A stretch of DNA of 63,474 nucleotides, filler included, from Reticulomyxa filosa (Eukaryota > Protista > Foraminifera): the NCBI GenBank assembly GCA_000512085.1. It is 19 parts of 19 records of this genome, joined end to end, with 100 filler letters (N's around TTAATTAATTAA, not from the genome) between each part and the next. Parts side by side here need not be neighbours in the genome. Positions count along the whole stretch, not along the records: positions 1 to 1,838 come from ASPP01004265.1; positions 1,939 to 3,580 come from ASPP01013907.1; positions 3,681 to 12,519 come from ASPP01011119.1; 16 more parts are not named here. One strand, 5' to 3'. The notes under the pieces were generated by a model, which was not told where the DNA came from, searched no databases, and saw only the letters and a list, made by a program, of their open reading frames with translations. This document shows, piece after piece, positions 1-11,658 of the stretch. Positions within the stretch are counted from its first letter, which is position 1. Each line of letters starts with the position of its first letter. Position numbers and translations under genes: made by a program.

Positions 1-239
1 GTGTGTATGTTAATAAATAGGACTTCCCCCGACCACATAAAAAATTTGTATTTATGTTTGTTTGTTTTTATGTCATACACATTCTATAAATAAAAAAAAA
101 GTTTGTTAAGTTTGCAATACAGGAAAAAGTCGAAATTGGAGATCGAACTCCGCTCGCAAAGTTAATTGTATTCTTTTGATGTTCCAAAAAATATATAATA
201 GTTTTGTTTGTTGTTTGTGACAGGATCCAAAGATATTTG

Positions 240-505
240 TTTTTTTTGAAAAAAATATTGAAAGTGGGGAAGGGGAAAAAATCGATAGATAAAAAGGGTG
301 AATGGGAAAAAAAAATGCATAAATAATTGAAAAAAAATGGAGAAAAAAGGGGGGGGTGTGCAAAAAAGAAAGAATAATGAGAAAAAAATTTATTATGAAA
401 GAAAAAAATAATTAAGATGATAATGAAAAAAAAAGATGAAAAAAAAGAAAAAAAGATAAAAAGAAAAAAATAAAAAAGAAAAGAAAGTGAAATATTTAAA
501 AGTTG
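240..505 (+). repeat. Purine-rich (A/G) low-complexity tract
   Basis: Degenerate GGGAAAAA/GAAAAAA units. A similar tract lies at 31170-31445. Confidence 0.7.
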
Positions 506-1838
506 GGGCTATGACTCCAAAAATTAATGGTGCCAGTGGGCATCAGCAAGTAGTTAAGTAAAATAAATAATTATATACCTTTTTTATTTGATTTGTTTAA
601 AATAAAAAAATAGGACTGGAAACGACAGCAGCATTGAACAAGTTCCAATAAATCAAACTTGCATTCTTCTTATTTTCATAATGTGGTTGTGTGTTTCTAT
701 ATTTTTTTTGTCAAATTTATTATTTTACAATATACAGACTAGGCGAACTTCAAACGACTAGACCAACGTGACGAGTATTATTCAATTTATGGGACAATAT
801 TGTCTGTGGTCAACGCTGTGGAATTGTTTCGTGTATCATTGTCAGTGGAACTTAGTCCAGTTGATATTATACTCAACCACGCATCAGATTTCATTCAAAT
901 AGATTTACTCCTCATTCGATGCAACCTTCATCATATTCTCCAACTTTTTCGCGCGCCATATTCTGCTGTGAAATATATGTGAATTGGGTTATCATCGTGC
1001 CTGTGTTGACCAAAGCCAACTGTCTCTTGCTAATCTTTAGCGGAAAAACTATTTGTGATACGTTGTCTAATAACGTACATTTATCGTGCTGCTTACCAAG
1101 ACGTATACGTTCAGCAATGAAAGGCAGCAAAAATTTTTTACTTTGGTTGTTGTTTTGCTCTACTAGGCCATCTATCATAGTTCAACAAGAAGCTTTATTG
1201 CGACATGGAATATCTGATATCGCTGCGACGATCCTTCCGGTACAAATTAATTCGACCACGTTCCACCGTATCAACCCATCAGCATTTGCGTTCCCCGACA
1301 AGAGTCCAAATTTCATACCAACACAAGGCCAAATGGTATCTATCTCAATATATTCTCAACAACACATTTACAATCTTTTTATGCATTTGTACTATAGTTT
1401 TGAAGACGATACGTATTGCAAGTTATTGATATATCATCGTGATTATGGTTTTTTACAAAGTTGTCTTGGAGATTGCTATCTCATCGTGTTTTTCAGCACT
1501 GGTGCAGGTTATATCTCGTATGCGGATAAATTATAGCGACAATGAAGAACAAAGGCGTTCAATGTCGTACAAGTGGCTTTAAATGCCGAATGCAAATAAA
1601 ATGGTGCAATAACAAAGATCCTCGTCTACAACAAGAACAAAGGCGAAGCAATTGCAAATTGAAGTGTTATGTATTTGGACGTAGTTGCTAACACAAGGTA
1701 CTAAGTTTTGCAACAATAATTATAGTAAGTATATCAATTAGCATTGTAAATGGCACAGAGTTATTGCGCCAGGAGATGGTGGAAAGCTTTCAAATGAAAA
1801 GGACGATAAGGGTATTACGACCAATACACATAGATGCT

Positions 1839-1938
1839 NNNNNNNNNNNNNNNNNNNNNNNNNNNNNNNNNNNNNNNNNNNNTTAATTAATTAANNNNNN
1901 NNNNNNNNNNNNNNNNNNNNNNNNNNNNNNNNNNNNNN
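1839..1938. other. Artificial contig spacer N44-TTAATTAATTAA-N44. First of 18; the others start at 3581, 12520, 13620, 14994, 16477, 22534, 25444, 30802, 33324, 34424, 36212, 39397, 48548, 49757, 52145, 53587 and 56748
   Basis: The same 100-bp unit recurs 18 times. The 12-mer puts stops in all six frames, and composition and gene content change abruptly across it. Confidence 0.99.
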
Positions 1939-2040
1939 GTGACTGGCGCTGACGACAGTGCAGGCCAGCCCTTGCGGCCAACCTTGGGCTGTGCCACAGT
2001 GTCGAACATAATCAACGATTTGTATAAAGATATCAGTACA

Positions 2041-2046
2041 AAGGAG
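2041..2046 (+). promoter_or_regulatory. Shine-Dalgarno site of the cupin gene
   Basis: AAGGAG lies 7 nt upstream of the GTG at 2054. Confidence 0.8.
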
Positions 2047-2053
2047 TAGCGCC

Positions 2054-2437
2054 GTGACTAGCGCCAATGAGATTGTTCTATTCCACCAGCAGGAGATCAC
2101 CCCGGACACCTTCGCCGCACCGCAGGAACGTCGCCTCAGCGGTGACTGCGAGCAAAGCGTGGAAATGCACTACAGCGACCCCACCGGCCAGTTCCATGCT
2201 GGCCTGTGGTCCGGTGGTGTCGGTGCCTGGCGCGTGAAATATACCGAATGCGAGTTCTGTACCCTGCTGGAAGGCCACGTGCGCCTGCTGGGCGACGACG
2301 GCAGCGTGGCCGATATCCGCGCCGGCCAGCACTTCGTGATTCCGGCCGGCTTCGAAGGCGTGTGGGAAGTACTGGAACCGGCCAAGAAAACCTTTGCCGT
2401 GTTCGAAGAAGACCGCCTGGCGCGCAAGGAAGACTGA
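2054..2437 (+). CDS. Bacterial cupin domain protein (DUF861/EutQ-like cupin_3)
   Basis: Motifs GLWSGGVGAWRVKYTECEFCTLLEGHVRL and AGQHFVIPAGFEGVWEV; RBS present; GC3-rich codons. Confidence 0.9.
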   Translation: MTSANEIVLFHQQEITPDTFAAPQERRLSGDCEQSVEMHYSDPTGQFHAGLWSGGVGAWRVKYTECEFCTLLEGHVRLLGDDGSVADIRAGQHFVIPAGFEGVWEVLEPAKKTFAVFEEDRLARKED

Positions 2438-2460
2438 CGCCTGCCGGCGTGCCACCCAAC

Positions 2461-2495
2461 GCAAAAGGCGCCCGACGGGGCGCCTTCTGCTTTCT
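2461..2495. terminator. Intrinsic terminator between convergent genes, probably bidirectional
   Basis: Hairpin GCAAAAGGCGCCC-GACG-GGGCGCCTTCTGC followed by TTTCT. Confidence 0.8.
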
Positions 2496-2516
2496 GGGTC
2501 GTCGGCCAGACCGGGC

Positions 2517-3578
2517 TTACTTCGGTACCTCGCCCACCACGCCTTGCAGGTAGAAGTTCATCTTGCCGAGCTCCGCGTCGCTATAGCGCTTGCCGCTGGC
2601 CAGCACTTCCTTGCCGGCTTGGTCTTTCAGAGGGCCGCTAAACGGGTGCAGGCTGCCGGTTTTCAATGCGTCACGCCGTGCCAGTGCCAGCGTTTTCACG
2701 TCGGCCGGTACCTTGGGGCTGAACGATGTGATATCCACCGCGCCTTCCTTCACCCCCCACCATTTGCCGGCCGGCTTCCACTTGCCCGTTTGCAGCTCGT
2801 TCACCGTGGCCTTGTACAACACGCCCCAGTTCAGTACCGACGCCGCCAGCTGCGCATCGCCACCGAACTTGCTCATGTCGGAATCCCAGCCGAAGGCCAT
2901 GGCGCCTTTCTCCTTGGCGGCCTGCACCACCGCCGGCGAGTCGGTATTCTGCATCAGCACGTCGGCGCCCTGCGACAGCAGGCTCAGCGCGGCCTCGCGC
3001 TCCTTGCCCGGGTCAAACCAGCTGTTCACCCATACCACGCGGGTGGTCGCTGCCGGGTTCACGCTACGCGCGCCCAGCGTGAAGGCGTTGATGTTGCGGA
3101 TGACTTCCGGGATGGGAATGGACCCCACCACGCCCAGCTTGCCGCTCTTGCTCATCTTGCCGGCCACCACCCCCAGCAGGTAGGCGCCTTCGTAAGTACG
3201 GGCATCGTAAATGCCCAGGTTGGCCGCGGTCTTGTAGCCGGTAGCGTGCATGAATACGGTGTTGGGGAAGGCGCGCGCCACCTTTTGCATCTGGTTCATG
3301 TAGCCGAACGAGGTACCGAAGATCACCTTGTAGCCCTTCTGCGCCAGGTCGCGGAATACGCGCTCGGCATCGGCGGTTTCCGGCACGTTCTCGACAAAGG
3401 TGGTCTGGATCTTGGCGTCGGCCTCCAGCGCCTTGCGGCCCTGATCGTGCGAATAAGTCCAGCCGTGGTCGCCGGTGGGGCCGATATAGACAAAGGCCGC
3501 CTTCAGCGGGTCGGCAGCGTAGGCACCGGCAGACAGCGCCGACGCGATCAGACAAGACAGCAGAGTGCTACGGATGGC
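2517..3578 (-). CDS. Bacterial BMP-family (PnrA-like) ABC transporter substrate-binding protein, probably purine/nucleoside; 5' end cut by contig edge
   Basis: The frame is open to the contig edge: signal-peptide-like LLSCLIASALSAGAYA, then FVYIGPTGDHGWTYSHDQGR, IFGTSFGYM, PIPEVIRNINAFTLGA and WFDPGKE motifs. Confidence 0.93.
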   Translation of the reverse strand, partial: AIRSTLLSCLIASALSAGAYAADPLKAAFVYIGPTGDHGWTYSHDQGRKALEADAKIQTTFVENVPETADAERVFRDLAQKGYKVIFGTSFGYMNQMQKVARAFPNTVFMHATGYKTAANLGIYDARTYEGAYLLGVVAGKMSKSGKLGVVGSIPIPEVIRNINAFTLGARSVNPAATTRVVWVNSWFDPGKEREAALSLLSQGADVLMQNTDSPAVVQAAKEKGAMAFGWDSDMSKFGGDAQLAASVLNWGVLYKATVNELQTGKWKPAGKWWGVKEGAVDITSFSPKVPADVKTLALARRDALKTGSLHPFSGPLKDQAGKEVLASGKRYSDAELGKMNFYLQGVVGEVPK

Positions 3579-5397
3579 AGNNNNNNNNNNNNNNNNNNNN
3601 NNNNNNNNNNNNNNNNNNNNNNNNTTAATTAATTAANNNNNNNNNNNNNNNNNNNNNNNNNNNNNNNNNNNNNNNNNNNNTAAGTGGAGCCAAAATTATT
3701 TTAGCAGATGTTTCCAATGATGTTGCTTTGCTCAATTGGTAAAACACAAGTGCGCTGGTCCCTGACCTCCTAGAGATCCTGGCCCTCAAAGCTACGTATA
3801 TCGCTTTCCTTCCTTTTTGAAAAAACTGCATTGAATTAATGTCTGTCTTTATCCGAACTAAATTCCAACGTCATAAAATAATAACAAACAATATAATATC
3901 AATCGAAATCAGATTATAAAGAACACTTTACTTTGTTCTCTTTCCTTCTTCTTGGTTTTGAGGATTTTAAACATCAAATTTCTCAATTGTCACAACAAAA
4001 CTAAGAGAATAAAATAATTTAACTACTTTTGCTCATGCACTTTTAATGATCATGTGAAATAAAATTACAAATGTATCAATGGATCGTTATCAAATTAGCT
4101 AAAATAAAATTATGTCGGCACAACTAATAAGTTTTAAGTTTTTTAATTATAATAAGACATTATATTCTTTAAAAAAAAACAACAATAAAAAGTGTGATTC
4201 ATGTGCTAGTTTTTAAGGACCCGTTATAATAATGAACAATTCAAAATTTAGTACAAATTGTACAAATTTGAAAAATATTTTCACAATTTAAAAGATGTCA
4301 CATCATATACCAATTTCTTTTATTTAGTATTATTAATCTCAAACAAACCAAATAAAAATACATTTATCCAGCATACCAATCACACTTCTTTATTTAAAAA
4401 ATTTGACACAATCTTCACGTGTACAAACTAAAAATTAAAAATAGTTATTTAATAAGTTGGAATTATTAAAATAATTTTGTTGAAATTTTTGTTTGAATTA
4501 ATTCCTTTGTCTTCTTTTCAAAAGTTGAATGGCAAAACACATCAATATAACAGTCACGTTGAAACTGATTTTACAGTAACAATAGGAAATGTTGAATGTC
4601 TATTTTGTATTGCACATTTTTGCTTTAAAAGTGTTATAATATCAAAATTAAATCATTTCAACGTATCTTTAAAAAACATTTCCCTACAAATAGCTCAAAG
4701 AAGGGGAAAAAAATTCACAAATAAATCGAATGCTTTACTATGCATGTAGTACAAGAAACTCTAACTGAGCCAAGCTTTTTTTTATGTTTTTTTTGATGCG
4801 TTATGTTTTAAGTTATTGTGATCAAAGTTTGTTTTTATTAAAAATGTTATATTATTCACCTCTGATGTTATGCAATAACTCATAAGTCTACGATAAGTTG
4901 TTTTTTTAAGCATATTTGCCGTGTATTGAACTATTGTTGTTTTTGAGTAAAAATTGCTCAAAGAGCAACAATTCTATTTAGTGACTATATTTTTTATTTT
5001 TGTTAAGTTCAAGTCTCTACTTGTCTCTTTTCTTTATATTTTATATATAACAAATAAGTTGTTAGTGTTTCAAGCAGTATTTTAACATCAAAAAAAGAGT
5101 TTCTATTTGGACGATTACTATGTTTCAATTTAATAAAAGTTAAAAAAAAATATACTGGTCATTTATCGAAAACAATCAAACATTTTTAAAGAGTTTTCGT
5201 CTTGAATACTGAATATAATTAATTATACGAAAGTTATCAAACTTTCAGTTTATACTTGTGAATATGAATGTTATGTGGAGATATTTAATTTAAAGACTAT
5301 ACTTAAATTATTTTATTTTGAAGCGACGTAGTAGAGTACTATATCGGAATCGATTTGGGTTGTCTACTAACATTAAAGTGCATTTATCGACTAATTA

Positions 5398-7334
5398 TTA
5401 AGAAGGTGGAGGTGTAACCGAATTTCGTTGAAGTTGATCAGCCGCATCAGCTCTCAAAGTATCACATAACGATTGTAAGCGATTAATTTCCTCTCTGTTG
5501 TGCAGCAATTGACTTTTTTGGTCGTCAATTAGAGTTTGTTGTGTTTCCAACATTAATCGAAGTTGTGTATTCTCCTCCTGTAACGCTTCCATCTCCCCAA
5601 TCAATAGTTGAGTGGAAGTGTGTACGCTGATAGGTTCTTTATCTGAATACGCACACACATATACATATATCAATCAATATAAGCATATTAGGTAAATGAT
5701 TATCAATAATGTATCAACAATACAAATAAACAACAACAAAAGATTGCCTGTAGTGACACAAATAGGATGACTCCATTCAGAAACAACCGAGTGTGGATTG
5801 CCCGACCCTTTGCATCGGATTTGGAAGCAGTATGGAGTGGCTGGAGCCAGTCCAGATACCGTGACGGAGCATGTGTCCACAGCATGCGATTTGACCGCGA
5901 GCGACGGGACAATTGGATACTGCACTTGTATTTCAAAAGTGCAAGGAGAGTGTTTTGCAAACTCTGACACAGATTTGTCCCATCGCAATTTAACATGATC
6001 CGCTCCAATATGCTCAACAGACACATTTTCGCAACTTGGCAATGAATGCAAGCTTTGGGACGGAGTTATAGCCGTGTCAATTTTTCCGTTGATATTGATT
6101 TTGTCTCCTCCTTCTTCTGTTTCTCCTTTTTTTTCTTCGCCCTCCACTTTATTGGAGTCGTGCAAGACCAGACTCGGATCTGTGGAGCAAGGAGTCTTTT
6201 CCTCCTGGACAACAGAGGCAGAGTAAGAAACAGAGTCAGTCAGTGGAGCCAGTCCGTTCTGCTGTTGGAATTGCTGGAGAAGATTCTGCGCTTCTTCTTC
6301 CCATGTCAAACTCAGTGCTTTGAAAACAGCAGGGTGGATATCCTTCGGCTCGATCAGATCTCCTAGCCCCATTTTCTCTTTGTAATTCGTCTTCAGATAG
6401 TCTTCTTTCAAGTAAAAACACGACAATCGAATGCTTCCGCACTTGCATTCGATGGGGTCAAAGCAATGATACTCCACGTCTTTGGGACTTGGAAACTGCA
6501 AGTTGCCCGGCGTCGCTTTATGCATATGCTCATTCGTCCGGTGCGTCGACAGATAATGGCTGTAGAAACTTACCACTACTTTGAACGGGATATTTATGTC
6601 GTCGTTAAACACTTCCTCTGTTTTGTTTTATTTTGTTTGTTTTTTAATACGTAAAAAAAAAAAAAAAAAGAAAACAAGCAATCTAATAGCATACGTGACA
6701 CTGTGGGTTACATATAGGTATATCTACGTATACTTATACGCGTACATGTAGATATGCGCACGCATATTACGTGCGCCCAGTGTATACGTATATGTATTTT
6801 GATTGAGGAGAGAGAGAGAGAGGAAAGTAAAACTTGTGGAATGGAATGATTGAAGAGGAAGAGGAAGAGAAAGAGGAGACTCGACATGGACATGTTGTTC
6901 CCAGCGTTGATTTTCGCGTTGCAACTGTTTGGTAGAGAGTAGGAATTGTATCCTTTGGAGCAAGTGGTTGATAGGTAGCAAAGAGAGGAAGCTGACGACA
7001 CTTCGAAGATGAATGGCTAAGTTGCGATACAAAGTGTTGATGGAGATGTTGTGACCGAACAAATCGCCAAGCTTCTTTGGCGGAACACCTTTGGCAGACG
7101 GTAAAGGCGGAGGTGCAGACTGTGGCACGGCCAAAGTCCGAGGGAATGACGGAGATGGAGTCTGTTCAAAGATCGCCTTCCATTGTTCCACAAGCACAAC
7201 CAAGTCACTGTTCTCACAACTTTGCAATGTCACATCTTTTCCCAATTTTTTTGTGTTTGGACGTGTATCGCATTAATACACCAAAGTTATATATATATAT
7301 ACATATATATGTACATATATGTATACATATATAA

Positions 7335-7370
<36 letters not shown>

Positions 7371-8097
7371 TATCAATTTTATTATTTGATTTGGATCGAA
7401 CCTATATCAAGACTGAAGGAAGACATATCTGGCTCCCAGCTCTGAATGCAATTCCTTTCGATGTCATCTCTTAGGTTGAGATCGATAGGCCAATGCAAAT
7501 CGAACCAGTAGTCGTATTCGTTATTACTTTGAGAGGACGGCGCTTGCGTTGCGTCGCTTGCATGTTTATGCGCATATTTGTTCATCGCTTGTCGATTGCT
7601 TGCCAGTATCTGCGCCAGCTTGTGCATGTACTCGGTGATGAATCGTGACCCAATTCTTGCTCGCTCGAAACCAGCGCAATTGCGCTTCGTGGGCTTAGTG
7701 GACACAGCTTGGGCGCTGAGAGTACCGTCGCTTGTTGCTGTCCTTGCCGCTTGTGCTTCTTTTTTCCATGCCCTCTTTTCTCTTTGTCTACTTTCTCTGT
7801 TGCCTCTCCTTCTTCCGTCTCTTCTGTCTCTTCTTCTTCTTCATCTTCATCTTCTTCTTCTACTACTACTTCTTCTTCTTCTTCTTCTTCTTCTACTACT
7901 TCTTCCCCTAACAATCCCATTCGCTTGTCAAACGCCTCGTGTGCTGTGCTCAGCGACTTCATGTCTGCCGTCGCCGTTTCTAGTGACGGTAATTCCAACG
8001 AATTTTCTGAAGAGGCACTTAGAGAAGGTGTCAAATTTTGCATCGAGGATTTATTTTTCTGCAGCAAATGTCTTCCCATTGATTTTAGATTTTCCAT
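5398..8097 (-). CDS. ATG13: Multi-exon gene: acidic N-terminus, ATG13-like HORMA domain, fibronectin type III domain and C-terminal coiled coil. Exons ~8097-7402 (one frame break), 7235-~6885, ~6615-5748, 5642-5398
   Basis: The spliced product has, in order, FITEYMHKLAQILASNR, YWFDLHW, SLDIDVTL, VVLVEQWKAIF, LYRNLAIHLRSVVSFLSLLP and FDPIECKCGSIRLSCFY, matching the ATG13 HORMA pattern as recalled. FN3 motifs: VKLRW...VSGLAPATPYCFQIRC...SEWS. Splice phases are compatible. Confidence 0.65.
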
Positions 8098-8629
8098 TTA
8101 TTTATGAGGAATTTATTTTTTGTATGATGAAGAAGGGGAAGGAAAGGGGCTGTGTACTGGTACTATTTTCTGGGTATTGATGAGAAATATCGTAGTATTT
8201 AGAAGTTTGCATACTTTGTCATTGTCAAAACAGCAAATGCAGCAGAGTCATAAGAATTAATTTAAAATTATCAAGTTATACAAAATTTTGTCATACAAAT
8301 TTTTCAAAAAAAAAATTCAATAAAAAAGAGTCTTACAAACAATTTTTTTGATGAATGTACTTGCAGAAAAATGAAAATATTGGAAACACTAAATTTCATA
8401 AAATAGAAAATATAATTTTCTGCAAAGTGTTGTTCTATAGTAAAAGAACCGATTAGATTGCAGATATCTCATCAAAATTAAACGTGAAAGTTCTGCAACA
8501 CCCAAAACAAAGAGACGAAGAAATTTTTTTTAAAAAAGACAAATGCCACTCGTTATTTTGTTCTAATAAATATATGTGGCAAAGAAGAAAGATCCAGACA
8601 AACACCAGCCAAAAAAAAAAAGATTGCCT

Positions 8630-11600
8630 CTAAGCGTAAGATTTAGAAATAGAGGTATTGTGCTGATCAGGCTGATTATCAGCGTTTGAGTTCAGTAATT
8701 GTATTTTCCATTCCCTCTCACGCACTCGTCGTAAATCAGACAAATACAAGCCGAGTGAAGAAAATACAATAGCAACACAAATGGCAAACGCCATATCAGA
8801 AATGACATACGACAAAGTACCTTTTTTTCCGTAGCACGATTCTAGCAATTGTTCCTGATGAGATGCACAAAAAAGTTATCTTTTCAAAACACAATGAGGA
8901 AAGAGGAGGGGGAAAGTATATATATAAAATAAATAACAGCAAAAATTTCCCAAGCAAATGAGACAGCCACTGCAAATGCCAAGTCGAAAGTGTCATGCAA
9001 TTGATCATACAACATCATCCTTCGAATTAAGCGACCAACCTGCGCTTCAAATTCGATATTCAGTTCCGGTGTGTTTTTCAATTCGTTGATTTCATCTTCG
9101 CACTCTTTTTTTATTCTATAACAGAATAAAGATGTATACATACATACATATATATATATATTGATGTAAAAAAAAATGAAAAGAATGGAGTGACATACCT
9201 TCTCTTGTAATCATGCAAAATGAAGCCAACCACCATGAAGATGAGAGTGGCAGAAAAGGCGGTGCCAAATTGAGACAAGACATTGGTGGTTTGATTGGGC
9301 GTAAGCAAGGACCAGCCAATGGTGGAGGCCAGCGTATGATTCCACAAGGTGGACACACCATTGCTCCAGAGCAAGAGGAAGACCAATATCGGCTCTTCGA
9401 ACATGGTGTCACGATCTTCGCGATATTGGCTGTCCAATGTGACATAGCGGGACTGCGACTCCAAGTATTTGCGAAAGCACATCCCTTTGCAATAAATTTC
9501 CATCGCTGCCTCCGTCACCGCCGTTAATGCGGCGAGCACCAATCCAAACACCACAATGTTCCAAGTGTTGCTCAGTACGCTCGATGCATCACCGCTCCAA
9601 TCACCCAGCAATCGAACATACCTACCTAATGAACATACAATTTTACAGCGAGTTTATAGAAATAGATATAAGCACATAAACATATATATATATATGTATA
9701 TATATTTGTATATATTATAATGGAATGATAAAACAAACCAACAAAAATGAAGACAACAGTTTCTGTCAATAAAAAGCCAATACTCATATGCCACATGTTT
9801 TCATTGATCATAAAAAAAGACTCCCTCAAATTGGGGATTCGACTATTGTCATCGGACGTAGACGTCGGGACAAGAGTGCCATGTTCTTCTGGCACTTTGC
9901 TTGCTGTGAGATCGCCGTGCTCGTCTTTGTTTTTTTTGTGTCGCCCGAGGCTATTGTTGATTTGTTTTTCGCATTTGTGTTTGATGTGCTTTCTTGCTCA
10001 TTTGATTTGTCCTTATCCTTATCCTTGTCTTTGTCTTTTTCAAGGGCAGAGGATTGCAATAAAGATCGATGCTCTTCCAAACTCCCATGTTTCAATGCCA
10101 AGTTTGCATTTTGATCAATGGTCGATAGTTTCAACTTTAATATTTCCTCTCTGTCACCAGCACTATCGTCATCACCATCGTTATCATTTCCATTGTCATT
10201 CCCAAAGTCACCATCGTCATCATTATCATCATCATCATCGTCGTCGTTGTTATTATCGTCATCTTCACTATCCTCGTCACTGTGACTGGCATAGTCGCCA
10301 CCATATGCTACTGTCTCGAATGAAGAGTCCGCCAAAAGTCGATTGGGTCTGTTTCGTCGTTTTCTTTTGTTCTTTTTCTTTCCCTTGTTTCGTCTCTTTT
10401 TCAAATTTATTATTTTCGTTGTTGTTGTCGCATTTGTATTTGTCGTTTTATTGGGATCTTGCTGTTGCTGATTTTCGAGACCTTTGTTTTCATTCCATCT
10501 ATTGGGGTCGGACACAAGTGGAGAAATTTTATCTTTTGCTTTCGTCTCTCTTTCTCTTTCTCTTTTTTCTTTGTCTCTGTCTTTATTTTTGCTTGGCTTT
10601 TTCAAATAAATGGATTTTTTGTGGTTCCCGTCAAGTGCCAGGAACTGATAATCCGTCGTTGCGCCAAAGGTGTGTACATTGCGATACAGCAGCGTCATTT
10701 GTCTCGATGAGTGTAAAAACACGTCACTTAGAGTGTACGCCTTATCAAAATAAAATTGATCCAGCATTAAACATATTCCTATTTTTATTTTTTTTTTTTT
10801 TTTTTTTAGTATATTGATTTATACATATATGTACATGCATAATATATATGTATATATACATATATACATATATACATATATATGTAACAAAACAAAGGAA
10901 GATGTATTGTGTGTTTCTTTAACCAATAGACAAAATGGCGACAAATAACAGCAGCAGAAAACATTCAAAGGATTGCAATACATTGTCACTAAAGTAGGCA
11001 TATTGGATGAATGCAAAACAATAAACGACGCCGTAGCCGATGATGTGTGCACATGTCATCAAAAAATACCCGTAGTGATGTTTTGTTGTTTTATCTCGAA
11101 TAAAGTGCAAAAACAACAAACTGCCTATTCCTACCACGACGCTGTAACATGCTATTATCACTGCTGTTGAAAAATGCGACACTATTCAATTTTTTTTTTT
11201 TTATTTTTTTTTTGAGAAAAAAGGGATATGTTAAAGTTCATCTCCTTTTTTTTTTATGTTTAGTTCTTGTTTACTGTATTCTGAGGTATTCATACATATG
11301 CATGTATGCAATTTTTTTTTATACGTTCGTCTTCTTCCGCTTCTTCGTCACTTTTTCCAGACTTGTTCATATATTCGACCCATCCAATAACCACCTGCAC
11401 AAAAGCAATACCTATGAACAAATTGGTAATGGAGATCAAATATTTCAACAACGGCAATTGCAACCACGGCCGTTCTCGTAAACCGTCCGTGTCCAATATG
11501 TACACTAATGGGTAAAGCAGTGGGTGTGCTATTTTACGTAGCACTGGAAGTTCGTCGTACTGGAGAATTGATTTCAACGGTCGTCTTCTTTGCGCATTTC

Positions 11601-11658
11601 TGGTCAAGGGGAGATGTTCATCATCTGAACCGTCATCAGTAGAGGAATCACCACTCAT
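8630..11658 (-). CDS. Multi-exon polytopic membrane protein with a long Asp/Asn/Lys-rich loop; function unknown
   Basis: Co-oriented GC-richer exons (ORFs 11290-11658, 10919-11182, 9826-10767, 9626-9895, 9111-9611, 8884-9141, 8630-8848) separated by (AT)n introns; many hydrophobic segments; one frame break near 9930. Confidence 0.7.

Noticed and set aside
919-1536. 205-aa ORF in contig 1
   Set aside because: No recognisable motif and the coding strand is unclear; probably part of a decayed repeat.
2394-3632. 412-aa plus-strand ORF and other overlapping ORFs in the bacterial contig
   Set aside because: Antisense or alternate-frame shadows of GC-rich genes.
7578-10817. Long poly-Leu, poly-Ser and poly-His plus-strand ORFs
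   Set aside because: Antisense readings of trinucleotide tracts in minus-strand genes.
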